Below are positions 38,173 through 52,026 of a DNA stretch of 64,000 nt, piece by piece; position 1 is the stretch's first letter, and each line of letters begins with the position of its first letter. The stretch covers positions 94,878 through 158,877 of the forward strand of contig DASRJR010000174.1 in assembly GCA_035649395.1 (NCBI GenBank), in the 5' to 3' direction. The stretch comes from Vicinamibacterales bacterium (GTDB taxonomy: Bacteria; Acidobacteriota; Vicinamibacteria; Vicinamibacterales; UBA2999). Below the pieces are notes generated by a model. That model was not told the DNA's origin. It saw nothing but the letters and a program-made list of their open reading frames with translations, and did no database searches. The position numbers were made by a program, and so were the translations under genes.

Positions 38173-39507
38173 ATGACGGACGCGAGCATTTGGGACCAGA
38201 TCCTCGCCAGGATCGAGACCAAGGTGAACCGGCACAGCTTCTACACCTGGTTTCGACCGACCACCCTTGTTGCCGATGGCGGCAATCAACTGACGATTCG
38301 CGTTCCAAACCCCCTGTTCAAGGATTGGCTCACGAAGCATTACGCCGTGGTGCTGGCCGAAGCCCTGGCCGAGGTGCACCGTGGCGGAGCGACCGTCGTC
38401 TTCGTCTCCGAGGGCTCTGCGACGGCGGCGTTCACGGCCGAGGAACCAACCCCTACGGCTCTGGAGCCAGCGGCCATTCCCGCCGCAGCATCGGGTGGAT
38501 TGAATCCGCGCTACAGCTTCGACACGTTCATCGTCGGTTCGTCGAACCAGTTTGCGCACGCTGCGTGCCGCGCGGTCGCAGAAGCCCCGTCGCGCTCGTA
38601 CAACCCGCTCTTCATTTACGGTGGTGTCGGTCTCGGCAAAACACACCTGATGCACGCGATCGGTCACTACGTGCTGAACCACGATTCGTCGCTGAAGCTC
38701 ACCTACATCTCGTCCGAGCGGTTCATGAACGAGATGATCAACGCCGTCCGGTACGATCGGATTCTGGATTTTCGAGAGCGCTATCGAAGCGTCGATCTGC
38801 TGCTCGTCGACGACATTCAGTTCGTTTCCGGCAAGGAAGGTACACAGACCGAGTTCTTCCACACGTTCAATGCTCTGTACGACGCGCAGAAACAGATCGT
38901 GCTGAGCAGCGATCGTCCGCCGCATGAAATCACGGCGCTCGAAGAGCGTCTCCGCTCACGGTTCGAATGGGGTCTCATTGCCGACATTCAGCCGCCCGAT
39001 CTCGAAACGAAGGTCGCCATTCTGAAAAGAAAGGCCGAAGCCGAGGCGGTACCGCTTCCCGACACCGTTGCGATATACATCGCCGGCAGGATCAAGTCGA
39101 ACATCCGCGAGCTTGAAGGTTCATTGATTCGCCTCATTGCCTATGCGTCGCTGACGGGCCGCGAGATCTCGCTCGAGCTCGCACAGGAAGTTCTGAAGAA
39201 CATCCTCGATCAGGACGAGAAGGCGATCACGATCGAAAGCATCCAGAAGTTCGTCGCCGACTACTATCAACTGAAGATCGCGGACCTGAAGTCACGAAAC
39301 AACTCGAAGTCGGTCGCGATGCCCCGTCAAGTGGCGATGTATTTGTGTAAGTCGCTGACGAATGCGTCGCTGCCTGAGATCGGCCGCAGCTTTGGGGGAA
39401 AGCACCACTCGACCGTGATTCACTCGATCAAGAAGGTCGAAGATCTGCGCAAGCACGAAGGAGATTTCAACAGCTTGATCAAGAGCTTTCTGGAATCATT
39501 CCGATAG
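38173..39507 (+). CDS. dnaA: chromosomal replication initiator protein DnaA
   Basis: Walker A GGVGLGKTHLMHAIG, LLVDDIQF, and the C-terminal box-binding helix GRSFGGKHHSTVIHSIKKV. The start is ambiguous among TTG 38158, GTG 38167 and ATG 38173. Confidence 0.95.
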   Translation: MTDASIWDQILARIETKVNRHSFYTWFRPTTLVADGGNQLTIRVPNPLFKDWLTKHYAVVLAEALAEVHRGGATVVFVSEGSATAAFTAEEPTPTALEPAAIPAAASGGLNPRYSFDTFIVGSSNQFAHAACRAVAEAPSRSYNPLFIYGGVGLGKTHLMHAIGHYVLNHDSSLKLTYISSERFMNEMINAVRYDRILDFRERYRSVDLLLVDDIQFVSGKEGTQTEFFHTFNALYDAQKQIVLSSDRPPHEITALEERLRSRFEWGLIADIQPPDLETKVAILKRKAEAEAVPLPDTVAIYIAGRIKSNIRELEGSLIRLIAYASLTGREISLELAQEVLKNILDQDEKAITIESIQKFVADYYQLKIADLKSRNNSKSVAMPRQVAMYLCKSLTNASLPEIGRSFGGKHHSTVIHSIKKVEDLRKHEGDFNSLIKSFLESFR

Positions 39508-39795
39508 GATCCGCCGACATCCACAGCGCACTGTCAACAGCCGGTGTGCAGCACCAGCTCGACCGCAACTATGCACAGGGAACGCACGATTGTCACGACC
39601 ATAAATTCACAGAATCGTCCACACTGTAAGCTATTGAGAGTCAAGCTTTAATCGTCCCTTGTTGAGTTTTGCACGGCACCCTTTCTTCGGTATAATTTTG
39701 TATCTCTTCTGATCACTACGGTGGAGTGAGATCTTTCCGCCGAACGTCCACTTAACGCGGGCCACGCCGCTCTGCTCGAAGGACAGTACACGCCA
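39508..39795. other. AT-rich dnaA-dnaN spacer: candidate DNA-unwinding part of oriC, also carrying a dnaN promoter
   Basis: I count 48 G+C in the 120 nt of 39601-39720, which is 40%. Weak DnaA boxes are ACATCCACA (39517-25) and TCGTCCACA (39615-23). TTGCAC-N16-TATAAT lies at 39669-39696. Confidence 0.45.
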
Positions 39796-40899
39796 ATGGA
39801 ACTGGTCGTTCGGAAGAATGAGCTTCTGCGAGAACTGCAGCTCTTCCAAGGCATCGTCGAGCGGAAGAACACGATCCCGATTCTCGCGAACGTGTTGCTC
39901 GAAGCGAAGGGCGACGAGGTCCGCATGCTCGCCACGGATCTCGAAGTTGCACTGCGAAGTCGCTGTCAGGCGGCTGTTGCAAAGGGTGGTTCGCTCACGC
40001 TTCCTGCGAAGAAGCTGTACGAAATCATCAAGGCGCTGCCAGAAACGGACGTTCGAATCGAAGAGGATCGGAAGGGCGTGAAGGTTGCCGCCGATCGGTT
40101 CGACTCGCGGATGCAGACGCTGCCACGAGAGGACTTTCCGACGCTGCCCGATGCCAGCGGCAAGGCTCGCGCGGTGTTGCCGCGCAGCGCCGTGAAGGAG
40201 ATGGTGGCCAAGACGCAGTATGCGATTACCGGCGAGGACACGCGCTTCTTCCTGAATGGCGCGAAGCTCGTACTCAAGCCGCAAAGCCTGACGCTCGTCG
40301 CCACTGACGGTCACCGGTTGGCGCTCGTCGACGTGCAGCACGACACCGGCATCACGCAAGAGGTGGGCGTCATTCTGCCGAAGAAGACGCTGCTAGAGTT
40401 GGGCAAGCTGCTCGCCGAAGGTGAAGGCGATGTGCAATTCGAGAGTGGGGAGAACCATCTGTTCTTCGAGGTCGCCGGACGCGTCCTGATCTCCCGCATG
40501 ATTGACGGACAGTTCCCGACCTACGAGCGCGTCATCCCCAAGGGCAACGACAAAACTATCGAGTTCGATCGAGAACGGCTGACCAACGCGGTCAAGCGCG
40601 TGGCTCTCCTCTCGAACGAACGTTCTCGCGCCGTGAAGTTCGAGATCGATCAAGGCAAGGTCGAGGTGACATCCAGCAGTTCCGAATTCGGCGAAGCGCA
40701 CGAACAACTGCCGGTCGAATACCCAGGCCCTGCTCTGACGATCTCGTTCAACGCGCAGTATGTGCTCGACTTCCTCAATGTGGTCGAGACCGACGTGGTC
40801 TCGTTGTCGTTGAAGGACGAAGTCAGCCAGGCCGTGATGAAGCCTGTCGGCGCGAAAGGCTACGACTATACCTACGTGATCATGCCCATGCGCATCTGA
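39796..40899 (+). CDS. dnaN: DNA polymerase III beta sliding clamp
   Basis: 367 aa: MELVVRKNELLRELQLFQGIVERKNTIPILANVLLEA...ATDGHRLA...YVIMPMRI. Confidence 0.95.
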   Translation: MELVVRKNELLRELQLFQGIVERKNTIPILANVLLEAKGDEVRMLATDLEVALRSRCQAAVAKGGSLTLPAKKLYEIIKALPETDVRIEEDRKGVKVAADRFDSRMQTLPREDFPTLPDASGKARAVLPRSAVKEMVAKTQYAITGEDTRFFLNGAKLVLKPQSLTLVATDGHRLALVDVQHDTGITQEVGVILPKKTLLELGKLLAEGEGDVQFESGENHLFFEVAGRVLISRMIDGQFPTYERVIPKGNDKTIEFDRERLTNAVKRVALLSNERSRAVKFEIDQGKVEVTSSSSEFGEAHEQLPVEYPGPALTISFNAQYVLDFLNVVETDVVSLSLKDEVSQAVMKPVGAKGYDYTYVIMPMRI

Positions 40900-40919
40900 T
40901 GGGCGAGGTGTGGGAGTAG

Positions 40920-43511
<2,592 letters not shown>

Positions 43512-43593
43512 CCCGTAGCGTCCCGGTTAGCCTGGGCTTGCGTCGTGTCCGGCGTCAGCCGGACCAGATCGCTGGTCCATCCCGCAAAGATTC

Positions 43594-46053
43594 ATGACAA
43601 CACCGATCAGCAACCGCATCCCGGTCAACATCGAAGACGAGATGAAGCGCTCGTACATGGATTACGCCATGAGCGTAATCATCGGGCGAGCGCTGCCCGA
43701 CGTACGAGACGGTCTGAAGCCGGCGCACCGCCGTGTGCTCTACGGCATGAAGACCATGGGATTGTCGTCCGGGCGTGGCTATCGCAAGTGCGCGAAGATC
43801 GTCGGCGAGGTGATGGGCAACTTTCACCCGCACGGCGACGCGTCGATCTACGACACGCTCGTCCGGCTGGCGCAGGACTTCAACATGCGCGAGCCGCTCG
43901 TCGACGGCCAAGGGAACTTCGGTTCGATAGACGGCGACCCGCCCGCGGCGATGCGGTATACCGAGGCGCGTCTCGATGCGCTCGGCGACGAGATGATGAC
44001 GGACCTCGACAAAGAGACCGTCGACTTCGTGCCGAACTACGACGAGACGACCGAGGAGCCGACTGTTCTTCCGTCGCCGTTCCCGAATCTGCTGGTCAAC
44101 GGATCCGCAGGTATCGCCGTCGGCATGGCCACGAACATCCCGCCGCACAACATGCGCGAGGTGATCGACGCCGTGACGTGGACGATCGAGAGCGCCCAGT
44201 CCGATGCTCCGCCATCGCTTCCGGAAAAGCAGCGCAAGCTGCTCGAGTTGGTTCCGGGCCCTGATTTTCCGACCGGCGGCTACATCGTCGGCCGCCACGG
44301 GATTCAGCAGGCGTATCTGACCGGGCGCGGCTCCGTCATCATGCGGGCCAAAGCAGAGACCGAGGTTGCCAAGAAAGGCGACCGCACGTCGATCGTGGTT
44401 TCTGCGATTCCGTATCAGGTCAACAAGAAGCGCCTCATCGAGCAGATCGCGGATCTGGTTCGGGACAAGACGATCGAAGGTATCGCCGACATTCGCGACG
44501 AGTCTGACCGCGACGGCATGCGCATCGTCATCGACCTCAAACGTGGTGAGGTCAGCGACGTGATCCTGAACAACCTCTACAAGCACACGCAGCTGCAGAG
44601 TAGTTTCGGCATCATCATGCTGGCGATCGTCGGCGGACGGCCGAAGGTGCTGTCGCTGCTCGAGCTGATCGAGAGCTTCGTCGATTTCCGGCGAGAGGTC
44701 GTGCGGCGCCGGACCGAGTTCGAGCTGCGGAAGGCGGAGGCCCGTCGGCACATCCTCGAAGGCCTGAAGATCGCGCTCGATCATCTGGATGCGGTGATCG
44801 CGCTCATTCGCGGCTCGCGCAATCCCGCCGAGGCACGCGACGGGCTCGTCACCCAGTTCGGGCTGACGGCGATCCAGGCGCAAGCGATTCTCGACATGCA
44901 GCTGCAGCGGCTGACCGGTCTCGAGCGGCAGAAGATCCTGGCCGAGCTCGCCGAGCTCCTGAAAACGATCGAGCGTCTGCTGGCGATTCTCGGGAGCGAG
45001 CGACTGTTGATGCAGATCGTCCTCGATGAACTGAAAGCCGTGAAAGAGAAGTACGGCGACGACCGGCGCACAGAAATCCTGGCCGAAGAAGGCGAGTTCC
45101 GTGTCGAAGACCTGATCGCTGAGGAGGACATGGCGATCACCGTCAGCAACACGGGCTACATCAAGCGGACGGCGATCACCAACTATCGCAACCAGCGCCG
45201 CGGCGGCAAAGGGCGCATCGGCATGCGCACGCGCGAGGAGGACTTCGTCAGCCACCTCTTCGTCGCGTCGACGCACGCCTACATCATGATCTTCTCCGAC
45301 CGCGGGCGGGCCTACTGGTTGAAGGTGCACGAGATTCCCGACGTTGGTCCTGACGGCCGCGGCAAGGCGATTGCCAACCTGGTCTCGATGCAGGAAGGCG
45401 AGCGCATCGCCGCACTGCTGGCGGTGAAGGAGTTCGAGCCCAATCGCTTCATCGTGATGGGGACCAAGCGCGGCGAGGTCAAGAAGACCGAGTTGACGGC
45501 ATTCAGCAATCCGCGCGCCGGCGGCATCATCGCGATGGACGTCGAAGAAGGCGACGCCGTGATTGCGGTCGCGGTGTCCGACGGCAGCGCAGAAATCTTT
45601 ATTGGTACGCGCAACGGCATGTCGATTCGATTCAAGGAAACCGACGTGCGCTCGATGGGTCGGACCGCCGGCGGTGTCCGCGGGATCGAACTGCGCGAAG
45701 ACGACGAAGTGGTGGCGATGGAGGTGCTCGTACCAGGCGGCACCATTCTCACCGTGACCGAGCAAGGGTACGGCAAGCGCACCGAGCTCGACGAGTATCG
45801 CGTGCAGTCCCGTGGCGGAATCGGCATCATCAACATCCAGACCAGCGAGCGCAATGGCAAGGTCGTCGGAGTGACGCAGGTCAGCAACGAAGACGAGCTG
45901 ATGCTCATCACGCAGCAGGGCAAGATCCTGAGGATGGCATCGAACGCCATCCGCAGCATCGGACGAGCCACGCAGGGCGTCCGTCTGATCGACATCGAAG
46001 GCGAAGACCGCGCTGTGTCCATCGCGCGCCTCGCTGAGAAGGACGAAGAGTGA
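43594..46053 (+). CDS. gyrA: DNA gyrase subunit A
   Basis: [19 protein letters not shown], the active-site region [10 protein letters not shown], and C-terminal beta-pinwheel repeats. Confidence 0.97.
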   Translation: MTTPISNRIPVNIEDEMKRSYMDYAMSVIIGRALPDVRDGLKPAHRRVLYGMKTMGLSSGRGYRKCAKIVGEVMGNFHPHGDASIYDTLVRLAQDFNMREPLVDGQGNFGSIDGDPPAAMRYTEARLDALGDEMMTDLDKETVDFVPNYDETTEEPTVLPSPFPNLLVNGSAGIAVGMATNIPPHNMREVIDAVTWTIESAQSDAPPSLPEKQRKLLELVPGPDFPTGGYIVGRHGIQQAYLTGRGSVIMRAKAETEVAKKGDRTSIVVSAIPYQVNKKRLIEQIADLVRDKTIEGIADIRDESDRDGMRIVIDLKRGEVSDVILNNLYKHTQLQSSFGIIMLAIVGGRPKVLSLLELIESFVDFRREVVRRRTEFELRKAEARRHILEGLKIALDHLDAVIALIRGSRNPAEARDGLVTQFGLTAIQAQAILDMQLQRLTGLERQKILAELAELLKTIERLLAILGSERLLMQIVLDELKAVKEKYGDDRRTEILAEEGEFRVEDLIAEEDMAITVSNTGYIKRTAITNYRNQRRGGKGRIGMRTREEDFVSHLFVASTHAYIMIFSDRGRAYWLKVHEIPDVGPDGRGKAIANLVSMQEGERIAALLAVKEFEPNRFIVMGTKRGEVKKTELTAFSNPRAGGIIAMDVEEGDAVIAVAVSDGSAEIFIGTRNGMSIRFKETDVRSMGRTAGGVRGIELREDDEVVAMEVLVPGGTILTVTEQGYGKRTELDEYRVQSRGGIGIINIQTSERNGKVVGVTQVSNEDELMLITQQGKILRMASNAIRSIGRATQGVRLIDIEGEDRAVSIARLAEKDEE

Positions 46054-46565
46054 GGCATCGCCTGCGTGCGCTGAGCGCCGCAGGCGTCCTCTGCCTCGTT
46101 TCAGCGTGTGCGCCGGCCCCCGACGAGCAGGTGCTGACGCGGTTTTTCGAGGCGTCGCGTACCCTCGACAGTATCCGTCTGGATCGCTTCGCCACCGTCG
46201 TCTTCAATCCGCGGACGGATGGAAGTATTCAGCGCTTCTCGGTGACCGATCGCGGTGCCGATCGGCGTCGCTCGATCGATGCCTCGAACCGGGAAGCGGC
46301 CGTCAGGAGCCTCGCCGCGACGCAGCGTCAAGACATCGATCTCTCTGACGCCTCTGTCGGAATCATCGAGCGAGACATCACGGTCGAGGCCGAGGTACGT
46401 GCCCCCAGCGGTGCGGTCGGGCGTGGTGTGCTGATCGTCACTCTAGAGCGGGCAGTCGGCACAAGAGCGGGCGTGTCGATTGCGGGTCAATGGATCGTTA
46501 CGCGCCTGCAGCGAGCTCCAGCCGAGCGAACTTCGCGCGCAGTGTCTTCTGGCCCACCGAGTTGA
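46050..46565 (+). CDS. hypothetical lipoprotein
   Basis: Signal peptide plus lipobox LCLVSAC. The start overlaps the gyrA stop. The 3' end overlaps the convergent uvrD by 68 nt. Confidence 0.5.
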   Translation: MRHRLRALSAAGVLCLVSACAPAPDEQVLTRFFEASRTLDSIRLDRFATVVFNPRTDGSIQRFSVTDRGADRRRSIDASNREAAVRSLAATQRQDIDLSDASVGIIERDITVEAEVRAPSGAVGRGVLIVTLERAVGTRAGVSIAGQWIVTRLQRAPAERTSRAVSSGPPS

Positions 46566-48759
46566 AACGCACGACCAGCTTGAGGTCGTCATCGAGCGGT
46601 TCGACGGTCATGACTGTGCCGATGCCGAACTGCGCGTGCCTGACGCGCAGTCCTGGTCTCAGGCCCGCCCACTGTGACTGATCGTCGTTCTCGTAGGCGT
46701 AGACGGGCTCTTCCCGCACGCGACCGCGATAACCGCCGCCGCGAGGATAGCCGTCGTATTGCGAGAACGAACGCTGCGACGGCGCGTACGCCGAGGGCAC
46801 TTCTTCGAGCAGCGCGGCCGGGATCTCTTCGATGAAGCGGGAGGGTTGCGTTGACTGATAATCGCCGAAGACGCGCCGTCGCGCCGCCGATGTCAGCACC
46901 AGCCGCTTCTGCGCACGCGTAATGCCCACGTAACACAGCCGTCGCTCTTCCTCGAGTTCGGCCTCGTCGTCACTCGATCGTGAGTGCGGGAAGAGGCCCT
47001 CTTCGAGACCGCTCATCACCACGATCGGGAACTCAAGTCCCTTCGCACTGTGCAGCGTCATCATGAGGACGCGCGCGCCCCGTGATCCGGCCTCTTCGTC
47101 GGCATCGGACAACAGCGAAAGCTGATCGACGAAACCGGCCAACGTCGGTTCGGGTGTGCGCGCCTCGAACTCACGCGCGGCCGACACGAGCTCAGCGAGG
47201 TTTTCGACTCGGCCTTCTGCTTCCTCGCTGCGTTCCTCTCGCAGGTCCTGCAGATAGCCGCTCCTGTCGAGCACTTTGGCGAGCGCGACGGCGACGGTCT
47301 CCTGCTCGATCATCCCCCGCAGTCCGGTGATCAGCTGCTGAAACGCGGCAAGTGATGCAACGGCGCGCGGGGCGAGCGCACGAGTGGCGACGACGTGGTT
47401 GATACGGGCCCACAGGGAACGGCTTACCGCGGCGTCGTTGAGGCCGGCGAAGAGAGGCGGTGCCGTATCGGTTGGCACCTCGATCCCCTCGAGCGACTCC
47501 ATCACGCCCTTGCCGATGCCGCGCGCTGGAACGTTGATGATTCGCCGCACGCTGACGTCGTCCGCCGGGTTGAGGATCACTTTCAAATACGCGAGCGCGT
47601 CTTTGATCTCTTTGCGTTCGTAAAACCGGACGCCACCGATGATTCGGTAGGAGGTACCTGCCCGCCGCAGCGCATCTTCCAGCGTTCGCGACTGCGAGTT
47701 GGTTCGATAGAGAATGGCGACGCTCGCGTCGGGCTCTCGGATGGCGGCGCTGGCATTCCGGGCGATGAACTCGGCTTCATCCAGGTCGTCGCCGGCGCGG
47801 TAGTACAGGATGTGTGCGCCTCCCGCCGTGTCGGTATACAGCCGCTTCTCTTTCCGGCTGCGATTCTGCGCGATCACCGCGGACGCGGCGTCGAGAATGA
47901 CCTGCGTCGACCGGTAGTTTCGTTCCAGCTTGACGGTCGTGGCTTCGGGGAAGTCCTGCTCGAAATCGAGGATGTTCCGCAGGTCGGCGCCACGCCAGCG
48001 ATAGATCGACTGGTCGGGGTCGCCGACCACGCAGAGATTGCGATGCTTGGCCGCCAGTCGCCGCACCAGCAGATACTGCGGACGATTGGTGTCCTGATAC
48101 TCGTCCACCATCACGTAGCGAAACTTGTGGCTGTACCGCTCGCGAACCTGCTCGGATGTCTCGAACAACTCGACGGTCTTCAGCAGCAAATCGTCGAAGT
48201 CGAGCGCATTGGCCTCTTTCAGGGCACGCGTGTAGAGCGCGTAGAGCTGCTGCATCTGCTGCGCTCGGAAGTCCCACGCCGCGTTTGCGGCAAACGCCTC
48301 GGGACCCTCCATTCGATTCTTCGCGTGGCTGATGCGTGACAACACCACGCGGGGCTGAACCGTCGAGTCGTCCACGCCGAGCTCTTTGAGCGCCTGCTTC
48401 ATCGCGCTCAACTGGTCGGCCGAGTCGTAGATCACGAAATCGCGAGACAGTCCCACATGCGGAGCTTCGCGACGCAGCAGTCGAGCGCACAGCGCGTGGA
48501 ACGTGGAGATCCACATCTGCCGGCAGTCGACGCCGAGCAGGGCCTCGACGCGCGCCCGCATCTCTTCCGCGGCTTTGTTGGTGAACGTGACTGCGAGGAC
48601 GCGGTCCGGTGCCGCGAATCCATGGCTGACCAGGTACGCGATCCGATGGGCGATGACGCGCGTCTTCCCTGAGCCGGCCCCTGCGAGGATCAGAACGGGG
48701 CCATCGGTCTGCAGGACGGCCGACCGCTGCTCGGAGTTCAGCGAGGAGAGGAGGTCCAC
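46498..48759 (-). CDS. uvrD: ATP-dependent DNA helicase, UvrD/PcrA family
   Basis: LNSEQRSAVLQTDGPVLILAGAGSGKTRVIAHRIAYL, VMVDEYQDTN and VTFTNKAA. Confidence 0.9.
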   Translation of the reverse strand: MDLLSSLNSEQRSAVLQTDGPVLILAGAGSGKTRVIAHRIAYLVSHGFAAPDRVLAVTFTNKAAEEMRARVEALLGVDCRQMWISTFHALCARLLRREAPHVGLSRDFVIYDSADQLSAMKQALKELGVDDSTVQPRVVLSRISHAKNRMEGPEAFAANAAWDFRAQQMQQLYALYTRALKEANALDFDDLLLKTVELFETSEQVRERYSHKFRYVMVDEYQDTNRPQYLLVRRLAAKHRNLCVVGDPDQSIYRWRGADLRNILDFEQDFPEATTVKLERNYRSTQVILDAASAVIAQNRSRKEKRLYTDTAGGAHILYYRAGDDLDEAEFIARNASAAIREPDASVAILYRTNSQSRTLEDALRRAGTSYRIIGGVRFYERKEIKDALAYLKVILNPADDVSVRRIINVPARGIGKGVMESLEGIEVPTDTAPPLFAGLNDAAVSRSLWARINHVVATRALAPRAVASLAAFQQLITGLRGMIEQETVAVALAKVLDRSGYLQDLREERSEEAEGRVENLAELVSAAREFEARTPEPTLAGFVDQLSLLSDADEEAGSRGARVLMMTLHSAKGLEFPIVVMSGLEEGLFPHSRSSDDEAELEEERRLCYVGITRAQKRLVLTSAARRRVFGDYQSTQPSRFIEEIPAALLEEVPSAYAPSQRSFSQYDGYPRGGGYRGRVREEPVYAYENDDQSQWAGLRPGLRVRHAQFGIGTVMTVEPLDDDLKLVVRFNSVGQKTLRAKFARLELAAGA

Positions 48760-48765
48760 TTCCTC

Positions 48766-50610
48766 CTATTCTACCGTTACGCTCTTCGCGAGATTCCTCG
48801 GCTGATCGACGTCGCAGCCGCGCCGCACCGCGATGTAATACGCGAGCAGTTGAAGTGGAATTGTCATCACGATCGGCGTCAGCAACTGTGACGTGCGCGG
48901 CATCGACAGCATCACGTCCTGCGCGGCGTCCAACACGGACGACATGCGGTCGTCACCCGCGGTCGTGATCGCGATGACCGATCCCCCGCGCGCCTTCGCC
49001 TCCTGTACGTTGCCGATCATCTTCTCGAACACGGCATCGTCGGGTGCGATCGCGACGATGGGCATCCGCTCGTCGATCAGCGCGATCGGGCCGTGCTTCA
49101 TCTCCCCGGCCGGGTAGCCCTCGGCGTGGATGTATGAGATCTCCTTCAACTTGAGCGCTCCCTCGAGCGCAATCGGGTAGTTGATCCCGCGACCGAGGAA
49201 CAGGAAATCGGTTCTGGCATGGAATCGCTCAGCGACACGCTCCATTGCAGTGGACGCTTTGACGGCCTGTTCGATGATCTGGGGTATGTGCAGCAGGTCC
49301 TCGATGTGCCCACGCATCGCGGCCGGGCTCAGCGTGTCTCGCACTTGCGCGAGGTACAGTCCGAGCAGGTGCAGCGCCACCAGTTGTGACGTGAACGCTT
49401 TCGTCGACGCCACGCCGATCTCGGGTCCGGCGTGGGTGTAGACCGTGCCGTCGGCTTCGCGCGTGGCCATGCTGCCCACGACGTTGCAGATGGCAATGCT
49501 GCTGGCTCCCTTTCGCTTGGCCTCGCGCAGCGCCGCCAGAGTATCTGCCGTCTCGCCAGATTGCGAGATGACGATGGCCAGCTCGTTGGGCCCGATGATC
49601 GGGTTGCGATAGCGGTACTCGGAGCCGTAGTCGACCTCGACGGGCAGCTGGGCGAGTGACTCGATCAGATACTTCCCCACGAGCGCGGCGTGCCACGAGG
49701 TGCCGCACGCGATGATGGTCACCTTCTGCAGGGCCCGCAATGCCGCGTCCTCGACGTTCAGGTTCTCGAGAAAGATCCGGCCGCTGTCAAGCGAGACCCG
49801 CCCCAGGATGGTGTCGCGTGCGGCCGTCGGCTGCTCGAAGATTTCCTTGAGCATGAAGTGCTTGTGCCCGCCCTTTTCCGCCGCGATTGGATCCCAGAGC
49901 ACGCGCTGCGTCGTCTTCGAGACGGCGCGGCCGAAAAAATCGGTGAACTGAACGCCGGAGCGCGTGATGACGGCCATCTCCTCGTCGCCGAGGAAGACGA
50001 CGTCGCGCGTGTGACTGAGGATTGCCGGGATATCCGAGGCCACGAAGAACTCGTCCTGACCGAGGCCGACGACGATGGGTGGGCCGTTGCGAACGGCAAC
50101 GATCTTTTCGGGATCCTCCACCGACACGATGACGATGGCGAACATGCCGCGCAGATAGGTCAGTGCCCGTCGAACGGCGTTCTCGAGGCCGTCATCGCGC
50201 ATCTCGCGCTCGACGAGGTGAGCGACGATTTCAGTGTCCGTCTCCGTGGTGAAGACGTGACCCTGCTCGCGCAGCTCGTGTTTCAACTCGAGATAGTTCT
50301 CGATGATCCCGTTGTGAACGACGACAATGCGTCCGGTGCAATCGCGATGCGGATGGGCGTTTTCCTCAGTGGGCCGACCGTGCGTGGCCCATCGCGTGTG
50401 GCCGATGCCGTAAATGCCATCGACCGGCTCGGTGCGGAGTGCATGTTCGAGATTCGCGAGCTTGCCGGCCGATCGCCGCAGCGCGATGCCCTCGGGGCTC
50501 AGGAGCGCGACACCGGCGGAGTCGTACCCGCGATACTCCATCCGCCGGAGTCCCTCGAGCAGCACAGGGAGCACCGGTTTTGAACCCACATAACCAATGA
50601 TTCCGCACAT
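48766..50610 (-). CDS. glmS: glutamine--fructose-6-phosphate aminotransferase
   Basis: MCGIIGYVG is the N-terminal nucleophile. Tandem SIS domains follow, and the C-terminus is NLAKSVTVE. Confidence 0.97.
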   Translation of the reverse strand: MCGIIGYVGSKPVLPVLLEGLRRMEYRGYDSAGVALLSPEGIALRRSAGKLANLEHALRTEPVDGIYGIGHTRWATHGRPTEENAHPHRDCTGRIVVVHNGIIENYLELKHELREQGHVFTTETDTEIVAHLVEREMRDDGLENAVRRALTYLRGMFAIVIVSVEDPEKIVAVRNGPPIVVGLGQDEFFVASDIPAILSHTRDVVFLGDEEMAVITRSGVQFTDFFGRAVSKTTQRVLWDPIAAEKGGHKHFMLKEIFEQPTAARDTILGRVSLDSGRIFLENLNVEDAALRALQKVTIIACGTSWHAALVGKYLIESLAQLPVEVDYGSEYRYRNPIIGPNELAIVISQSGETADTLAALREAKRKGASSIAICNVVGSMATREADGTVYTHAGPEIGVASTKAFTSQLVALHLLGLYLAQVRDTLSPAAMRGHIEDLLHIPQIIEQAVKASTAMERVAERFHARTDFLFLGRGINYPIALEGALKLKEISYIHAEGYPAGEMKHGPIALIDERMPIVAIAPDDAVFEKMIGNVQEAKARGGSVIAITTAGDDRMSSVLDAAQDVMLSMPRTSQLLTPIVMTIPLQLLAYYIAVRRGCDVDQPRNLAKSVTVE

Positions 50611-50614
50611 GACG

Positions 50615-52018
50615 TCAGACCCCGTCCTTCTCTTTCTTCCGGTCTACCCAACCAGGCACATTGCGCTGCCGTCCACGAGCGATCCCCAGCGCACCTGCCG
50701 GCACATCTTCCGTGATCGATGAACCCGCTGCGACGTAGGCGCCCTCGCCGACCCGCACCGGAGCAATCAGCTGTGAATCGCTGCCGATAAACGCTCCGTC
50801 CCCGATCACCGTCTGGTGTTTGGCGCGGCCGTCGTAGTTGCACGTAATCGTGCCAGCGCCGACGTTGACGTTCGCGCCCACTTTGGCGTCCCCGAGGTAC
50901 GCAAGATGGCTCGCCTTCGATTTGGGCCCAAGCGTGGTCTTCTTCAGTTCGACGAAGTTCCCGATCTTCGCGCCCTCGCCGACGACGTTTCCGGGCCGAA
51001 GGTGCGCGAACGGTCCTACGGTGGCTCCATCTGCAACTTTTGAACCAGTGATCACGCAGAAGTTGTTTATCGTGACCCGGTCGCCAATCTCCGAGTCGAC
51101 GATTCGCACGTAGCCCTGGATTTCACAGCCTGCACCAATGCGGCTGCGTCCTTCGATGATGGCACCCGGGTGAATCACGGTATCGGGCATGACCTCGGCG
51201 TCCATGTCGATGTAGGTCGTTGCGGGATCGATCAGCGTCACGCCGGCAGCCATCAATTCTTCATTCTTCTTTTGGTTCACAATCTTGCTCACTTCCGCCA
51301 GTTCTGTGCGGCTGTTGATTCCACGGATCTCCCGTGAGTCGTCGATCACCAGCGTATCCACGACGAGCTTGCGTCGGCGATAGAGGGCAATCAGATCGGT
51401 CAAGTAGTACTCGCCTTGAGCGTTCTTCGACGAAATCCCGCGGAGGGCGTCGAAAAGCGGAGCCACGTCGAACGCATAGATTCCGCTGTTGATCTCCTTG
51501 ATGTGCCGCTGCTCTGGGGAGGCATCTCGCTCTTCGACGATACGGGCGATAGCCCCCCGGCTTCGGACGATCCGCCCGTAGCCAAAGGGCCGATCGACGA
51601 TTGCCGTAACCACGGTGGCTGCGGCTCCGGCACCACAGTGACGTTGCACGAGCGCCTGCAGTGTGGCGGTGCTGAGCAGCGGCACGTCCCCTGACAGAAG
51701 CACGAGCGTCCCGCTGCGTCCGGCCAGGAGCGGTTCAACCTGTTGGAGCGCGTGCGCCGTGCCGAGCTGCGGCTCCTGAATGGCGAAGCTCAGTCCCTGC
51801 CAGGTACCTAGGAGGTCTCTTACTAGTTCGGCCTTATGACCAACTACGATAGAAGTGGTTGAAGCGGCAAGAGGCGCAGCGGACCGAAGTACGTGTTCGA
51901 TAAGGGAATGTCCGGCGATTCGGTGCAAGACCTTCGGCAACTGAGACTTCATCCTGGTGCCCTGTCCGGCCGCCAAGACGACCACGTGAATCTCGGTCAA
52001 AGCAGGAGGAGTCGTCAT
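50615..52018 (-). CDS. glmU: bifunctional UDP-N-acetylglucosamine pyrophosphorylase / GlcN-1-P acetyltransferase
   Basis: [13 protein letters not shown] is followed by left-handed beta-helix hexapeptide repeats in the C-terminal half. Confidence 0.95.
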   Translation of the reverse strand: MTTPPALTEIHVVVLAAGQGTRMKSQLPKVLHRIAGHSLIEHVLRSAAPLAASTTSIVVGHKAELVRDLLGTWQGLSFAIQEPQLGTAHALQQVEPLLAGRSGTLVLLSGDVPLLSTATLQALVQRHCGAGAAATVVTAIVDRPFGYGRIVRSRGAIARIVEERDASPEQRHIKEINSGIYAFDVAPLFDALRGISSKNAQGEYYLTDLIALYRRRKLVVDTLVIDDSREIRGINSRTELAEVSKIVNQKKNEELMAAGVTLIDPATTYIDMDAEVMPDTVIHPGAIIEGRSRIGAGCEIQGYVRIVDSEIGDRVTINNFCVITGSKVADGATVGPFAHLRPGNVVGEGAKIGNFVELKKTTLGPKSKASHLAYLGDAKVGANVNVGAGTITCNYDGRAKHQTVIGDGAFIGSDSQLIAPVRVGEGAYVAAGSSITEDVPAGALGIARGRQRNVPGWVDRKKEKDGV

Positions 52019-52026
52019 TGACTTGG

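Noticed and set aside
37789-38925. Long ORFs antisense to clear genes. Examples are 37789..38925 opposite dnaA, 19013..21430 opposite mfd, 43555..45765 opposite gyrA, 41358..42593 opposite gyrB, 61349..63619 opposite actB, 15533..16672 opposite dusB and 33..404.
   Set aside because: These are typical stop-codon-poor shadow frames of high-GC DNA. Their translations are Arg/Ala/Pro/Gly-rich with no recognisable motifs, while the opposite strand encodes strongly conserved proteins.
50611-50614. A glmS ribozyme or other leader might lie upstream of glmS.
   Set aside because: Only 4 nt separate the glmU stop from the glmS start, which leaves no room for a structured leader.
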